From a virus: DNA of 64,000 bases. The DNA is taken from the IMG/VR virus record IMGVR_UViG_3300003937_000247; one strand, 5' to 3'. The notes under the pieces were generated by a model, which was not told the origin of the DNA, did not search any database, and saw only the letters and a list, made by a program, of their open reading frames with translations. The position numbers and the translations under genes were made by a program. This document shows positions 45,768 through 56,073 of this stretch, one piece after another (the first letter of the stretch is position 1; each line of letters starts with the position of its first letter).

Positions 45768-46365
45768 GATCCGACTTTAAAAAATATTTAGAATACCAAC
45801 CAGTCCATCCTACTTCCATTATGTGGTGCATTTGACCAAGCGTACACATACTAATTTGAGATGTAGTATCAAAGGTCGCCCTTTGAGATGGTTTATTATA
45901 GATGTAATCCTTTATTGAAGGACATACTCTACCATAAGTTTTGTATTTTATATTTTTGTAATACCATTCATCACTACCTCTTGTATAAGTGTCTATAAAA
46001 TGCTTGTCATTAGCTTTAAATGTATTCCAGATGTGTGATACATCACCTGTCCAAGATACAACAGACGAATTTAAAGGTGTATGATTAGGTTCTCTCCACC
46101 AAGTATCATCTAAAAGTGTAAAATCTTTTCTAATTAAGTTGGGTAATTTATCAAAGATAATAACATCCAAATCAAAGTATAAATTTTCACCATCTCTAAA
46201 TCTATCATACATTTGAAATTTATTAAACCAATTACCATATAAGTCATCTTCAACAACTTCAAAACTATCATATTTTAGACCAGAGTATTTGTCTATCATA
46301 TGTTTTAAGTTATCAACGTGCCATTGAGTAAACTTATTACCGAATCTACAACAAATAATCCGCAT
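45751..46365 (-). CDS. GT-A fold glycosyltransferase
   Basis: G.KF....V..L; W.K..; LYFDLDVII; NSSV..W; GSD.W. Confidence 0.8.
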   Translation of the reverse strand: MRIICCRFGNKFTQWHVDNLKHMIDKYSGLKYDSFEVVEDDLYGNWFNKFQMYDRFRDGENLYFDLDVIIFDKLPNLIRKDFTLLDDTWWREPNHTPLNSSVVSWTGDVSHIWNTFKANDKHFIDTYTRGSDEWYYKNIKYKTYGRVCPSIKDYIYNKPSQRATFDTTSQISMCTLGQMHHIMEVGWTGWYSKYFLKSDLTYPQ

Positions 46366-46983
46366 TTATTTTTCTTCCTACTCCTGTGTAGTGTATAACT
46401 TTAAGTTTTTCGTTTACTTCTTTATCTAATATCATATAATCAGTATTAAACTTTTTCATATTTTAACGTAATTTTGTTCGCCGTAGTATTTTTTATGTAC
46501 AGTACCGTTATTATAAAAATGTAGTTGCCAGTATTCTGGATTAAGTGCGAAGTCATCCCAAACAAACTTCAAAGAACCTGATTTAAATTTATAAAACCCA
46601 CCATTAATACCTAACTTGTTTTCCCACCATTGACCATATGTAACTAATTCATTTTCTTCAACAGGCCAATTCAATAAATCATCTACATTGCTTACAATGA
46701 CTTGATCTATATCCATAATGATAATATCATCACCTGGATTTTGATGTGCAAATTGTGGACTGAAAAATTTTAGTTTGTGCCAATGTTTAACTATATTACT
46801 ATGATGGTTGTAGGGGTAGATAAAGTCAGCCTTCATCCCTGGATGTTCAAAAGGATGTTTTCTATCTGCTAAACATATAAACTGAAAGGGAACTGTTGAA
46901 TGTTTTTTTAAACCTTCGTAAAGTTTAGAAACATAAACTGGTGGATAAAAACCTTCAAAGAAGACTGTACATATTTTAAGCAT
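46346..46983 (-). pseudogene. GT-A glycosyltransferase split into 46983-46456 and a 46459-46346 C-terminal piece
   Basis: W.KL..F, MDID, NGGF, GEQ motifs then abrupt stop; the next frame encodes KKFNTDY...KVIHYTG (GT8-like H-x-x-G). Confidence 0.6.
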
Positions 46984-47911
46984 TAAGTCTTCTCCACACA
47001 AGGTCAAAATCTTTATTAATCGTGTGGCAAAGGATTGTTTCTTCAGGTATAAAACCTTGATTATATAAAAAGTAGTGCCATTTGCTGTCTAACCACAGAA
47101 CAGGTACCTCATTTTCTTTTAACTTAACTGAAAATAATGTTTCATTATCCCAACCAAAGTATTGTCTTATTCTATCAGGAAATATGTTAGTTACATATTT
47201 GTCATTTACTGTTACGATTTGAGGATCTTCTCTACCTTTAGGAATATATAAAATATCTCTTGTTTGGATTTTTAAATGTGACATTAAAGCCATATTCTCC
47301 TCAAACTCACCAAAGTAATCTAATCTTGCAAGATTTAATTTATTAATACCTACAATGCCAGTATTAATAACATCATTTTTAATACTCATTTTTTTTTCAA
47401 ACAACATTGCTTGAGCATTATAATATTTTGATGATGGACTTCTTATTGTTTGAGAGGTGTCAGTAATAGCTTCAATTGTATTAATTCTATCATTGTTATT
47501 TAATATTGCTATACCTTCATTTAAATTCCAATGTTCAAAAAAGTTTTCATTCTTCATAGGTACAACATCAAAATCCAAATATAATATTTCATCATATTCT
47601 TCAGCCAATAGATACATTAAATGTATCTTATAAAAGTTTATTATATTATACATTGTTAAGAAAGGATACTTTGTTTTCATTTTGGAATGATAAATCATAA
47701 AATCAGTATCATATTCATACAATTTAAAATCAGCACCTATTTTGTTAGCATACATTTCTTTTACAGCACAAAGGTCGCCATAATGAAGTTTAAACTGATT
47801 TTTTGTTCTTACGTTGACAGGAGTATCACCTTCTTTAAGGAGGTTTTTATCAAAGATATCTATGTCATCTTTTGGTATCTCAATATATAAAGTATAAATT
47901 ATTCTTTTCAT
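46976..47911 (-). CDS. glycosyltransferase (GT-A, DxD)
   Basis: YA..IGADF; YKI; ILYLDFDVV; NTG; DNETLF; W; H.INK. Confidence 0.78.
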   Translation of the reverse strand: MKRIIYTLYIEIPKDDIDIFDKNLLKEGDTPVNVRTKNQFKLHYGDLCAVKEMYANKIGADFKLYEYDTDFMIYHSKMKTKYPFLTMYNIINFYKIHLMYLLAEEYDEILYLDFDVVPMKNENFFEHWNLNEGIAILNNNDRINTIEAITDTSQTIRSPSSKYYNAQAMLFEKKMSIKNDVINTGIVGINKLNLARLDYFGEFEENMALMSHLKIQTRDILYIPKGREDPQIVTVNDKYVTNIFPDRIRQYFGWDNETLFSVKLKENEVPVLWLDSKWHYFLYNQGFIPEETILCHTINKDFDLVWRRLNA

Positions 47912-48036
47912 AATATTGCTCCTATTAGTAAACCAATTAATATTCCTTCAACCCAAAATGCCCACCTATGCGAACCTTTGGCTGTATGTTTTTTTATAAA
48001 TTCTTTTAACCATATGTCAAATTCTTTATTTTCCAT
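47908..48036 (-). CDS. small membrane protein (42 aa)
   Basis: Read manually: MENKEFDIWLKEF...HRWAFWVEGILIGLLIGAIL; AGGA SD; stop overlaps the next ATG. Confidence 0.55.
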   Translation of the reverse strand: MENKEFDIWLKEFIKKHTAKGSHRWAFWVEGILIGLLIGAIL

Positions 48037-48046
48037 AATATTATTC

Positions 48047-48925
48047 CTATGCTGGCAAAGGATTCTTTTCTAAATCCTCAACTCTTGGAAGCCTTCCAAT
48101 TAATGTAAATCTTGTTCCTCTTTCATCATTAATTTCATCTTCTATAAGTATTTCGCAATCTAAAGGTATTTGTGTTTTAAATTCTTTTACATTGTTTACA
48201 CAATTTATATGAGTATCAATATTGAACATATCATTTGATTGGAACGCAAAATGAGCAGTCTTTTTCATTCTTGTCCACCATGGAACTTTACGTGTAACTG
48301 GTACACCAAATTTAGAATCAAAGTATAGGGATTTAGGTCCTGGAGGTCCCCATTCAGACATTGGTCTCATATGTTCACAAGCGGTGTTAATGAAGATATC
48401 AGCATTTGTATATTCTTGTCTAAATTTTTCAAATACATCATCCGCAATAAAATTTACATTTGGGTAATCCATAAACAATCTATTTTTAGCTACATTTATT
48501 ACTCTCTCGTCCATATCTATTGCTGTTATTTTTTTAACTCTAGGTGCTAATGCAGGGACTAGAATGCTTCCAAACCAACAACCAAATATAACTATTTCTG
48601 TTTGCTCGTTAATTAATCCAAATTCGTCAAGGTGATTTATGATATTAAATTTTGCGTTAACTTGTGGTGTACTGAAAGAATCTAAAAGACTATATTCTAT
48701 ATCTGGTTCTTTTTTTATAGTTTGTAATACGTTGTCAAGCAATCTATAATCAATGCCGTCATTTGTTGCCTTTAATATATTGTGTAAGAAACCAAATTGG
48801 TCATCCTCTTTTATTGCATATAATATATCATCAAGTGTTCTATAGTTTATATTTTTATTTTGCAAATCTATAATATTTTTAAAAAATTTCAAATTTTCTC
48901 GTTCTATCATTTTCTTATAATCCAA
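48047..48925 (-). CDS. class I SAM-dependent methyltransferase-like
   Basis: IFGCWFG (motif I), IDMD, INT.CEHM, QSN, HINCV, RF..IG. Confidence 0.78.
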   Translation of the reverse strand: MDYKKMIERENLKFFKNIIDLQNKNINYRTLDDILYAIKEDDQFGFLHNILKATNDGIDYRLLDNVLQTIKKEPDIEYSLLDSFSTPQVNAKFNIINHLDEFGLINEQTEIVIFGCWFGSILVPALAPRVKKITAIDMDERVINVAKNRLFMDYPNVNFIADDVFEKFRQEYTNADIFINTACEHMRPMSEWGPPGPKSLYFDSKFGVPVTRKVPWWTRMKKTAHFAFQSNDMFNIDTHINCVNNVKEFKTQIPLDCEILIEDEINDERGTRFTLIGRLPRVEDLEKNPLPA

Positions 48926-50421
48926 TCATTTATTATTAATATATCCAAATCAGTTCTTCTAAAGGTTCTTAAAGCGTGTTGTGGTGTTTCTACAATTGGT
49001 TCCTGACAATTGAAACTTGTATTTAACAACATCGGTATGCCTGTTATCTTATAAAACTCATTCACTATATTATAAAACTTTTTGTTATCTTTTATATTTA
49101 TAGTCTGTATTCTAGCCGTATTATCAACGTGAGTAATCCCTGGCACTTTATCAGTTTTAACTTGACATATACGTGACATATAAGGACTAGGTCCTCCTCT
49201 TGTATCAAAATATTCTTGGTAATGTTCTTCTAATACAACAGGTGCAAACGGTCTAAAATCTTCTCTCTTTTTTACTGTATGATTAATAATATCTTTAATA
49301 TCAGGATTGCGTGGGTCTGCTAATATGCTTCTATTACCTAATGCTCTATTACCACTTTCTGATTTACCTTGAAACCAACCTACAATTTTTCCATCAGCAA
49401 TTGCTTGTGCCACTTCTTTGTAATCTGCTTTTTCTTCACCTAGGTAATTATATTCTCTACCAGCATATGTGTTTGTTTTGTGTATATTATTATTTAAAGT
49501 AAAGTCAGCGTGTTGATATGTTCCTATTGCTTGTCCTTCATCACCTACAGCAGGTGGTATGAAAACACTTTTATAATGTTTAGTAAATTCTTCGTTCATA
49601 TATCCATTGTAAGCAACGCCACCTGCAATACATAAGTTATCACAAGTCTTTAATGGGTACACATATTTTTTAATTTTATCAATTGTAAATTTTTGAAGTG
49701 TGTATGCTAGGTCATCCATGCCGTGTGTTTCAACATCAATTTTTTTAAACTCTTTATATTTTCTTTCTAATACAGGTCCGTCCATTATGATTTCAAACGC
49801 ATTATAATAATAACTACTATACTTACCATATCCAACTTTACCCATAAGTTTACTTGCACCAAGTGTACCAAAACCTGTAAGATTAGACATATGGTTCCAT
49901 AACCAACCAAGAGGTAGTACATCTGATAAGTCTATTAAATTTTGATCTTTGTCAAAGAATACACATCTAAATTTTGATCCTATACCATCAATTGCTAGTA
50001 TATCTGATTGTTTAAAACCAGAGTTTATAAATGCGTAAGCAGCGTGTGATTGATGATGGTCTATAAAGTAGATATTATCTTTGTAATAATAATCCCATAA
50101 TTTTTTAGGGTCGTAATTAAATATTTCATCATGGCCTTTTAAAACTGTTTTTAGTAATTCATCTTTTGATTTTCTTACACCACCATAAGTATATGTCCAA
50201 GCTAGAATACCATCATCAGGTTTTTTAAAATATCTTTCAGTAAACTCATCATTTAATCTATAGTCGCCAGGATCCAATATGTCTGATTGATGAGCATATG
50301 CCTCGGCTCTATATGGTAAGTTGTGTTTAAATCTTGTTTGTCTTTCTGCTTGATAATGATATGCACCATCATAGGTATTGTGGTCGTGTAAATTTAATGC
50401 TACGGAATATATTTTACTCAT
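48907..50421 (-). CDS. carbamoyltransferase (NodU/CmcH/TobZ family)
   Basis: HD; HH.SHA; DGIG; KLMG; AGGVA.N; E.G.RALGNRSILA; KKRE.FRPFAP; NTSFN. Confidence 0.95.
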   Translation of the reverse strand: MSKIYSVALNLHDHNTYDGAYHYQAERQTRFKHNLPYRAEAYAHQSDILDPGDYRLNDEFTERYFKKPDDGILAWTYTYGGVRKSKDELLKTVLKGHDEIFNYDPKKLWDYYYKDNIYFIDHHQSHAAYAFINSGFKQSDILAIDGIGSKFRCVFFDKDQNLIDLSDVLPLGWLWNHMSNLTGFGTLGASKLMGKVGYGKYSSYYYNAFEIIMDGPVLERKYKEFKKIDVETHGMDDLAYTLQKFTIDKIKKYVYPLKTCDNLCIAGGVAYNGYMNEEFTKHYKSVFIPPAVGDEGQAIGTYQHADFTLNNNIHKTNTYAGREYNYLGEEKADYKEVAQAIADGKIVGWFQGKSESGNRALGNRSILADPRNPDIKDIINHTVKKREDFRPFAPVVLEEHYQEYFDTRGGPSPYMSRICQVKTDKVPGITHVDNTARIQTINIKDNKKFYNIVNEFYKITGIPMLLNTSFNCQEPIVETPQHALRTFRRTDLDILIINDWIIRK

Positions 50422-51253
50422 TTAATACACTCCCATATTTTGATATAGGAAAATGACCTTTAGGGTTAACATATTCCATACAACTTTTACAATAACTCTC
50501 ATATTTAAATAATCTATAATTCATCATTTTGTCAACGTTCTCCTGTGTAATTTCAAAATTTTTAGATACTATTAAATTATTAGCAAACTTTTTGCTACAA
50601 TGTACTATGTGTCTTTTCTCAAAATCTATAACTGGCACCATAGGGAAAGCTGCACACATTTTTCTATCTATCTCGGCTGATTGTTCATCAATAACTTCTT
50701 TCATATTATCTTTGTTAGGCGTTCTACCATTAAAGGTTTTAAACATTGTGTTGTTATGACTTATTGCTTTTATATCTTCGGGAAAGTTATCTTTGTATTT
50801 AAAATAGTTAGGTGTTTTAACAACTAGATTGTAATTGTTAAAATTATTCTCTGGTAACCAAGGAAAATTACCTAACTTCTCAATTCTGTCTTCATAAAAA
50901 TCTTCTGTTGAGTGTTCTACATAAAGTATATCTTTATCTTCTAGTATTTCAGGATATCTTTTTCTAACAAAAGAGTTTGATAATACTGAACAAACAAAAT
51001 TAGGATACTTTTTAATTTCATTAATAACATCTCTTAAATTTTTAATTAGACCTGGCTCACCACCTAATAGACAAACACGAATTTTATATTTCCTTAACTT
51101 CTCTAAAGTACTCTTTAGAAAATCCATATCAACAGTTAAGTTTCTCATCTCTAAAGTATAACTTGTACAATAATGGCAAGATTTATTACACGACATAGAT
51201 AGGAAGAAGTCTATGGCTAAATAATCTTGTTGTATTTCTTTTAAATTTTTCAT
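50414..51253 (-). CDS. radical SAM enzyme with C-terminal Cys cluster
   Basis: CNKSCHYC; LGGEP; SN; C-terminal C...HC...C..C. Confidence 0.88.
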   Translation of the reverse strand: MKNLKEIQQDYLAIDFFLSMSCNKSCHYCTSYTLEMRNLTVDMDFLKSTLEKLRKYKIRVCLLGGEPGLIKNLRDVINEIKKYPNFVCSVLSNSFVRKRYPEILEDKDILYVEHSTEDFYEDRIEKLGNFPWLPENNFNNYNLVVKTPNYFKYKDNFPEDIKAISHNNTMFKTFNGRTPNKDNMKEVIDEQSAEIDRKMCAAFPMVPVIDFEKRHIVHCSKKFANNLIVSKNFEITQENVDKMMNYRLFKYESYCKSCMEYVNPKGHFPISKYGSVLNE

Positions 51254-51570
51254 CTATTATCAAATTTGTTAAAGAACAGTTTATTAAATGCTATTAACAA
51301 CTTCTCTTTAGGTCTACTTTTAAAATTGGTTTTTTTGAAAAGATAATCAGACCTTTCGTAACATTTTTCTATAATATATTCATAAATGTCCTCATTTTCT
51401 TTTTCAGTAAGTGACCTGTCTATAACTAATTTATCTCCAAATATAAATTGCATTCTTTTAACAAACTGGATTAATCTGTATGGAATATCATCTGTTATAT
51501 CAACCATATTATTAGTATCATCAACATAACAAAAATTAGTTCCTTTTGGACTTACAATTATCTCATTCAT
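51250..51570 (-). CDS. hypothetical protein
   Basis: ORF track; coupled ATGA overlaps. Confidence 0.6.
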   Translation of the reverse strand: MNEIIVSPKGTNFCYVDDTNNMVDITDDIPYRLIQFVKRMQFIFGDKLVIDRSLTEKENEDIYEYIIEKCYERSDYLFKKTNFKSRPKEKLLIAFNKLFFNKFDNR

Positions 51571-52661
51571 ATTGTCATTATAATTATATCACATATCTTA
51601 TCAACTTCATCATCTGTTACGTATGGATGAATTGGTAAAGATAAAATAGTTTCGGTTACTTTTTTACAATTTATACAATCGTCTTTTCTATGTATAATGG
51701 ATTTATACATTTCATTTTCAGATATAGGTTTGTTGTAATGTACATCTGCTTTCAATCTTTCTTTTAATAAATCTCTTGTTTTTTTGTCTTTTAATCTTAT
51801 AACATATTTGTGATAGTTATGATTAAGACCGTTCGTTCTTGGTTGTATAATTACAGGCAATTGTTTTAAATTGTTATCATATCTTATTGCAACATTTAAA
51901 CGACTATCTTGCCATTCATCCATCTTCTTTAATCTAAAGTTTATAAACTCAGCATTGAATAATAACATTTTAGAATTATATCCTAACACTTCATTGTTTC
52001 CGTGTCTTCTTAATTTTCTTACTAAATTTGCTTGTTCTTTATTGTCTGTTAAAAAAGCACCACCGCCTGCAATACCAGCTACAGGTTTATTTGCATTGAA
52101 ACTTATAGCGCTTACGTCTCCAATTGTACCTGCCTTAATACCATTAAAACTAGAACCTAATGATTGACAAGCGTCCTCTATAAATGCAATATTCTTTTCT
52201 CTACAAAATTCTAATATCTCAAATGTCTCCGACATACTTCCAAACAAGTGTGGATATATAATTGCTTTTACTTTTGGAGACCACATTTTTTTAATACTCT
52301 CTAAAGACATATGGTAAGTATCTGGATCAATATCACAAAATACAGGTGTTGCACCTACCATAGTGATACAAGAAGCAGTTGATATCCAGGAGAAGTTAGT
52401 TGTTAATACTTCATCACCAGGTTTAATTCCTATACCATCTTTAATACCTAAACTAATTAAAGCAAAATGTAATGCGTCTGTTCCACTACCTACAGCAACA
52501 GCATATTTTCTATCGGTTACTCCATATAATGAATGTAAAATACTCTTTTCTAAAAACTCTATATTTCTTTCTTGTTCTTTTTGCATAACTCTATCAAAAA
52601 GTTTTAAGTATTCTTCTTTGTTTTCTAAATATTCTCTACCCCAACCTGTGTAGTCTGTCAT
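51567..52661 (-). CDS. DegT/DnrJ/EryC1/StrS PLP aminotransferase
   Basis: SGT.AL; GDEV; IEDACQSLG; SFN.NK (PLP Lys); GYNS; LSLP.HP. Confidence 0.95.
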   Translation of the reverse strand: MTDYTGWGREYLENKEEYLKLFDRVMQKEQERNIEFLEKSILHSLYGVTDRKYAVAVGSGTDALHFALISLGIKDGIGIKPGDEVLTTNFSWISTASCITMVGATPVFCDIDPDTYHMSLESIKKMWSPKVKAIIYPHLFGSMSETFEILEFCREKNIAFIEDACQSLGSSFNGIKAGTIGDVSAISFNANKPVAGIAGGGAFLTDNKEQANLVRKLRRHGNNEVLGYNSKMLLFNAEFINFRLKKMDEWQDSRLNVAIRYDNNLKQLPVIIQPRTNGLNHNYHKYVIRLKDKKTRDLLKERLKADVHYNKPISENEMYKSIIHRKDDCINCKKVTETILSLPIHPYVTDDEVDKICDIIIMTI

Positions 52662-53521
52662 ATATAAACTCCTATTTTGTTCATACCTTTACTATATCCT
52701 AATTTGTCAAATATAAATTGTGCTATTTGTTCTTGCCCTTTTGCGTTTGGATGTAAATCTAATTTAGATATTCTTTCAACACCGATCCAATCATCTGATA
52801 AAGCAAAAGCATTTACTTCTAAATCTTTTTCTGTAGGCCAACCTAGGAAGTTACTATTAATTTTATTGTAATAAGGATTCTCTACCATTTGCTTTCTTAA
52901 CTTTTTTGCGGATTCGTGTTTGTAAGCCATCTCTACTGTTGTTAGTTGATCGTTTGTATTTGGGATTCCCAAATCCCAACCAACGTGCTCTTGTTCTTTT
53001 TGCCAATTTTTGTGCTTAAAATGGTATTGTTTTTGATGGAGATGTCCTGCCCTTTCAATCGCTATCTGTTCCCATATATAACCTCTATATAAATTTAATA
53101 TTTGGACTTGTCTATATGGCACTTTAAGATTTTCACAAACATTTTGAAAACTATAATAATATCTTATACTTCTATCTACCCAATATTCAATACAACCTTT
53201 AACATCTGTACTATCATTAGTCCAATATCTATTGTTAGTGATTCTGGTTGAGAGTTGGTAGTCACGTCTAGGTGCTGTTGTCCAAGCAGGAAGAACTAGC
53301 CCTATCCTATTTGTATTAAGTGTTTGTATTTTATCTATTAGTGAACTGTAAATATATTCTTGTCCTGCACCAGACTTACATAGATTGATACATTCCATAT
53401 TTACTTTTTCAGCCAATATTTCAGGCCACTTTGGCCAGTCACAATCCATATCAGGATGTGAAGCAGACGTCCAATTAACATCACCCCAACTACAACCACT
53501 TACTAATAATATATCTTTCAT
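52658..53521 (-). CDS. SGNH/GDSL-like protein
   Basis: GCSW; WP..LA; NL..SG.G; WT...R; D.HPN..G. Confidence 0.7.
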   Translation of the reverse strand: MKDILLVSGCSWGDVNWTSASHPDMDCDWPKWPEILAEKVNMECINLCKSGAGQEYIYSSLIDKIQTLNTNRIGLVLPAWTTAPRRDYQLSTRITNNRYWTNDSTDVKGCIEYWVDRSIRYYYSFQNVCENLKVPYRQVQILNLYRGYIWEQIAIERAGHLHQKQYHFKHKNWQKEQEHVGWDLGIPNTNDQLTTVEMAYKHESAKKLRKQMVENPYYNKINSNFLGWPTEKDLEVNAFALSDDWIGVERISKLDLHPNAKGQEQIAQFIFDKLGYSKGMNKIGVYI

Positions 53522-53522
53522 A

Positions 53523-53882
53523 CTAAACTTCTTCCTTGATTATAGACTTACCTTCCTCATCAAAGTGATGGTTTATTTTTACTTTATCTTTGCCTCTATT
53601 TAAACAATGATACAAACAGTTATGAGGAATTTTTGAGTGGTCACCCTTCTCACCTTCTCTCATTAGTTTTTCAAAACCTCTCCATTCATCTGACAATAAT
53701 ATTTCATCTATAGATTCAACTTCACTTACTTTACTAACTTTTAACATCTTTTGAAATAAAGGTGTACTTAAAGTATATTCTTGGTCACAATAACAACAAG
53801 GTAATAAATGGCCTCTATTATTCATGGCCACTTGCATTTTACCATTTAAACATTTTGCAACAAACTTACCTTTCTTTGTCAT
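53523..53882 (-). CDS. stand-alone SPASM/twitch-like Fe-S protein
   Basis: KC...G.LLPCCY.D...I.EIL.S..W...C...C. Confidence 0.72.
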   Translation of the reverse strand: MTKKGKFVAKCLNGKMQVAMNNRGHLLPCCYCDQEYTLSTPLFQKMLKVSKVSEVESIDEILLSDEWRGFEKLMREGEKGDHSKIPHNCLYHCLNRGKDKVKINHHFDEEGKSIIKEEV

Positions 53883-54549
53883 CTCTTACGTATCCTTGGT
53901 ATGCTAAATTATATTCTTTCTTTGTAGGTCTCAATGGATCACTTTCATTCTTCCACCTTGATGAGTGTAACACTATAAACATTAGACCAAAATCTTTTGC
54001 CATCTGTTTAGCAATGTCTAAATGATTTTCATTATAACTAAACACTATGTACTGCCACGATGGTGTTTTTTCTAAATGTTTTTTTGCCTCTAACATAACT
54101 CTAAAGAGTTTGTTACCATCTTGGTTTATTCTATACAAATTACTTTCTTCAGGTAGTCCATCAATTCCAAATATCCATTTTGCTTTAGGGTGTGCTTTAA
54201 ATGCTTTTACGTACCACCTTTCAGGCTTTTGAGATGAGGCATTATGTATTGCAACATCTATATTTTTTTTATAAAGATAGTCTAATATTTCTACAAATTT
54301 AGGATGGTGTACAGGATCAGATAATTGACCACAGAAATTAAATGAAGTAAAATGATCTGATAACTTTCTTATTTCGTCCATAGTAGCATCTCTTCCGTAC
54401 ACTTTTCTTCCTTTAAGTGTAAAGTTGGTTTGTCTTTGACATCTCATACATTGTAAAGGACATCTATTGCTTATATCAATATTTATTCCTCTAGTTGGAC
54501 GCCTAAAAAACGAAATAGGACTTGTATCTGTTATAATTTCTCTATCCAT
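53866..54549 (-). CDS. radical SAM enzyme (paralog of 22296-23066, no fused SPASM)
   Basis: CPLQCMRC; CGQLSDP..HP.F; FGIDGL; YRI; WQYIVF.YNE. Confidence 0.9.
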   Translation of the reverse strand: MDREIITDTSPISFFRRPTRGINIDISNRCPLQCMRCQRQTNFTLKGRKVYGRDATMDEIRKLSDHFTSFNFCGQLSDPVHHPKFVEILDYLYKKNIDVAIHNASSQKPERWYVKAFKAHPKAKWIFGIDGLPEESNLYRINQDGNKLFRVMLEAKKHLEKTPSWQYIVFSYNENHLDIAKQMAKDFGLMFIVLHSSRWKNESDPLRPTKKEYNLAYQGYVRDDKER

Positions 54550-55406
54550 GCTAATAAATTTTTTACTTTGTCTTTGTTACGATTATCTGTTAAGCACCAC
54601 GCAGGTCTTTTCCAATAGATAGGACCACCATCTTTAAAGGATTTATCTCTTAAATAAATGACTTCTTTTCCTAACCATTTGCATTCTTGTATAATTCTAG
54701 GTGCAGGATCAAAATTAGGTTTAGTATAAACATATGTATCAAACAGACCTAATAAGTTTTTCACAGGAACAAAAACGTGATTACGTTTTTCATTTATATA
54801 TTTGTCTTTGTATGCTAGAATACCGTGTGAAGGATAGTCTTTGATATGTTTTTCAACCTCTCTATAATATGTTCTATTTGTTCCTAGAAATAGATATTTA
54901 AATTTTATATCATCTACTACAGGTTTGTATATACTAAAGTTAATTATTTTTTCAAATTGTTCACCAACACCATTTACATATACTTCGTGGTCACATAAAT
55001 TGACAACTTGCTTTGGTTTAAAATGTTCAAGTGCTAAAGGATATTCCTTTGGATGATTTTCTGAATATACAGAAATAAGTTTACCACCAAACACCTGATG
55101 TAGTGTTAATTTTTGTTCTTCACTATAAGTATTATAATCCAAGTATGCTAAAGTAATTTGACTTCTACCCATAATCAATGTTATGTCATTTGAGTGAGAA
55201 ATAAAATTATTAAATATAACATTTTCGTACTTGGAATACGACTCATAAATGGCGTCTATATAGTCCTGCTCTGTATGTTTTTTATTGGGTATGATTATAA
55301 GTTTTGCATTTATGCCTTGGTCGTTGAGATAACAACAATGTTCGTAACTATAATGAAACAGTCCGTCACCAGGCTTACTTGTACATACTAAATTAACATT
55401 TTTCAT
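54531..55406 (-). CDS. glycosyltransferase-like hypothetical protein (GT-B-like C-terminus)
   Basis: YVYT...FDPAPR.I.EC...GK.V; located in the glycan-tailoring cluster. Confidence 0.5.
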   Translation of the reverse strand: MKNVNLVCTSKPGDGLFHYSYEHCCYLNDQGINAKLIIIPNKKHTEQDYIDAIYESYSKYENVIFNNFISHSNDITLIMGRSQITLAYLDYNTYSEEQKLTLHQVFGGKLISVYSENHPKEYPLALEHFKPKQVVNLCDHEVYVNGVGEQFEKIINFSIYKPVVDDIKFKYLFLGTNRTYYREVEKHIKDYPSHGILAYKDKYINEKRNHVFVPVKNLLGLFDTYVYTKPNFDPAPRIIQECKWLGKEVIYLRDKSFKDGGPIYWKRPAWCLTDNRNKDKVKNLLAWIEKL

Positions 55407-55420
55407 AACTCATTATAACA

Positions 55421-55436
55421 TATTTATGTATAAATA
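55421..55436. promoter_or_regulatory. back-to-back late promoters facing both arms of the tailoring island
   Basis: CATAAATA on - (55421-55428) abutting TATAAATA on + (55429-55436). Confidence 0.6.
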
Positions 55437-55486
55437 TCAATAGAGCACTTATAAGTTATGCCAGATAATTTGACAAAGGAGTTGAA

Positions 55487-55831
55487 ATGAGTTGTTTAGA
55501 AATACTAGTAGCAATCACATTACATTTAGGCCTAGAAGGCGATTATAATAACATCCATCCACACGGTAGATGTACGATAGATAATTGGATTTCTGGTGCA
55601 TATTATAATAGTGAGGAAAATGTTAGTTTATATGTTGGTAAAAAAATACCTAATGTAGATTATAATTGGGATTTAGAAATAGGTTTAGTTACAGGTTATA
55701 GTGGTGCTAAAGTTGCACCAATGATACGATACATTAATGATGGATGGTTTGTTGCACCTTCTTATGAAACGACACACGGTGGTAATATAGGAGTAACATT
55801 AGGTTATGAATTTAAGTTGGGTGGTCATTAA
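55487..55831 (+). CDS. small outer-membrane beta-barrel-like protein
   Basis: YN..HP; G.YYNS; E.G.VTGY; C-terminal G.TLGYEF. Confidence 0.55.
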   Translation: MSCLEILVAITLHLGLEGDYNNIHPHGRCTIDNWISGAYYNSEENVSLYVGKKIPNVDYNWDLEIGLVTGYSGAKVAPMIRYINDGWFVAPSYETTHGGNIGVTLGYEFKLGGH

Positions 55832-56073
55832 TGAAAGTGAGAGATGAGATATTAACAATATTAATGGAAGAGTGTGCTGAAACTAGTATTGAGTGTAGTA
55901 AGGTGATCCGTTTTAATATTGATAATACAGAAAGACTTGAAAAAGAATTAGGTGATGTGTTAATGATGGTAGAAATATTATCTGAAAATAAAATAGTATC
56001 AATGCAACGCATAAGAGAAGCATCCCAACAGAAAAGAGAAAAACTTAAAACTTGGAGTAAGATACCTTTATGA
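55831..56073 (+). CDS. MazG-like nucleotide pyrophosphohydrolase
   Basis: EECAE....SK..RF; LE.ELGDV. Confidence 0.75.
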   Translation: MKVRDEILTILMEECAETSIECSKVIRFNIDNTERLEKELGDVLMMVEILSENKIVSMQRIREASQQKREKLKTWSKIPL

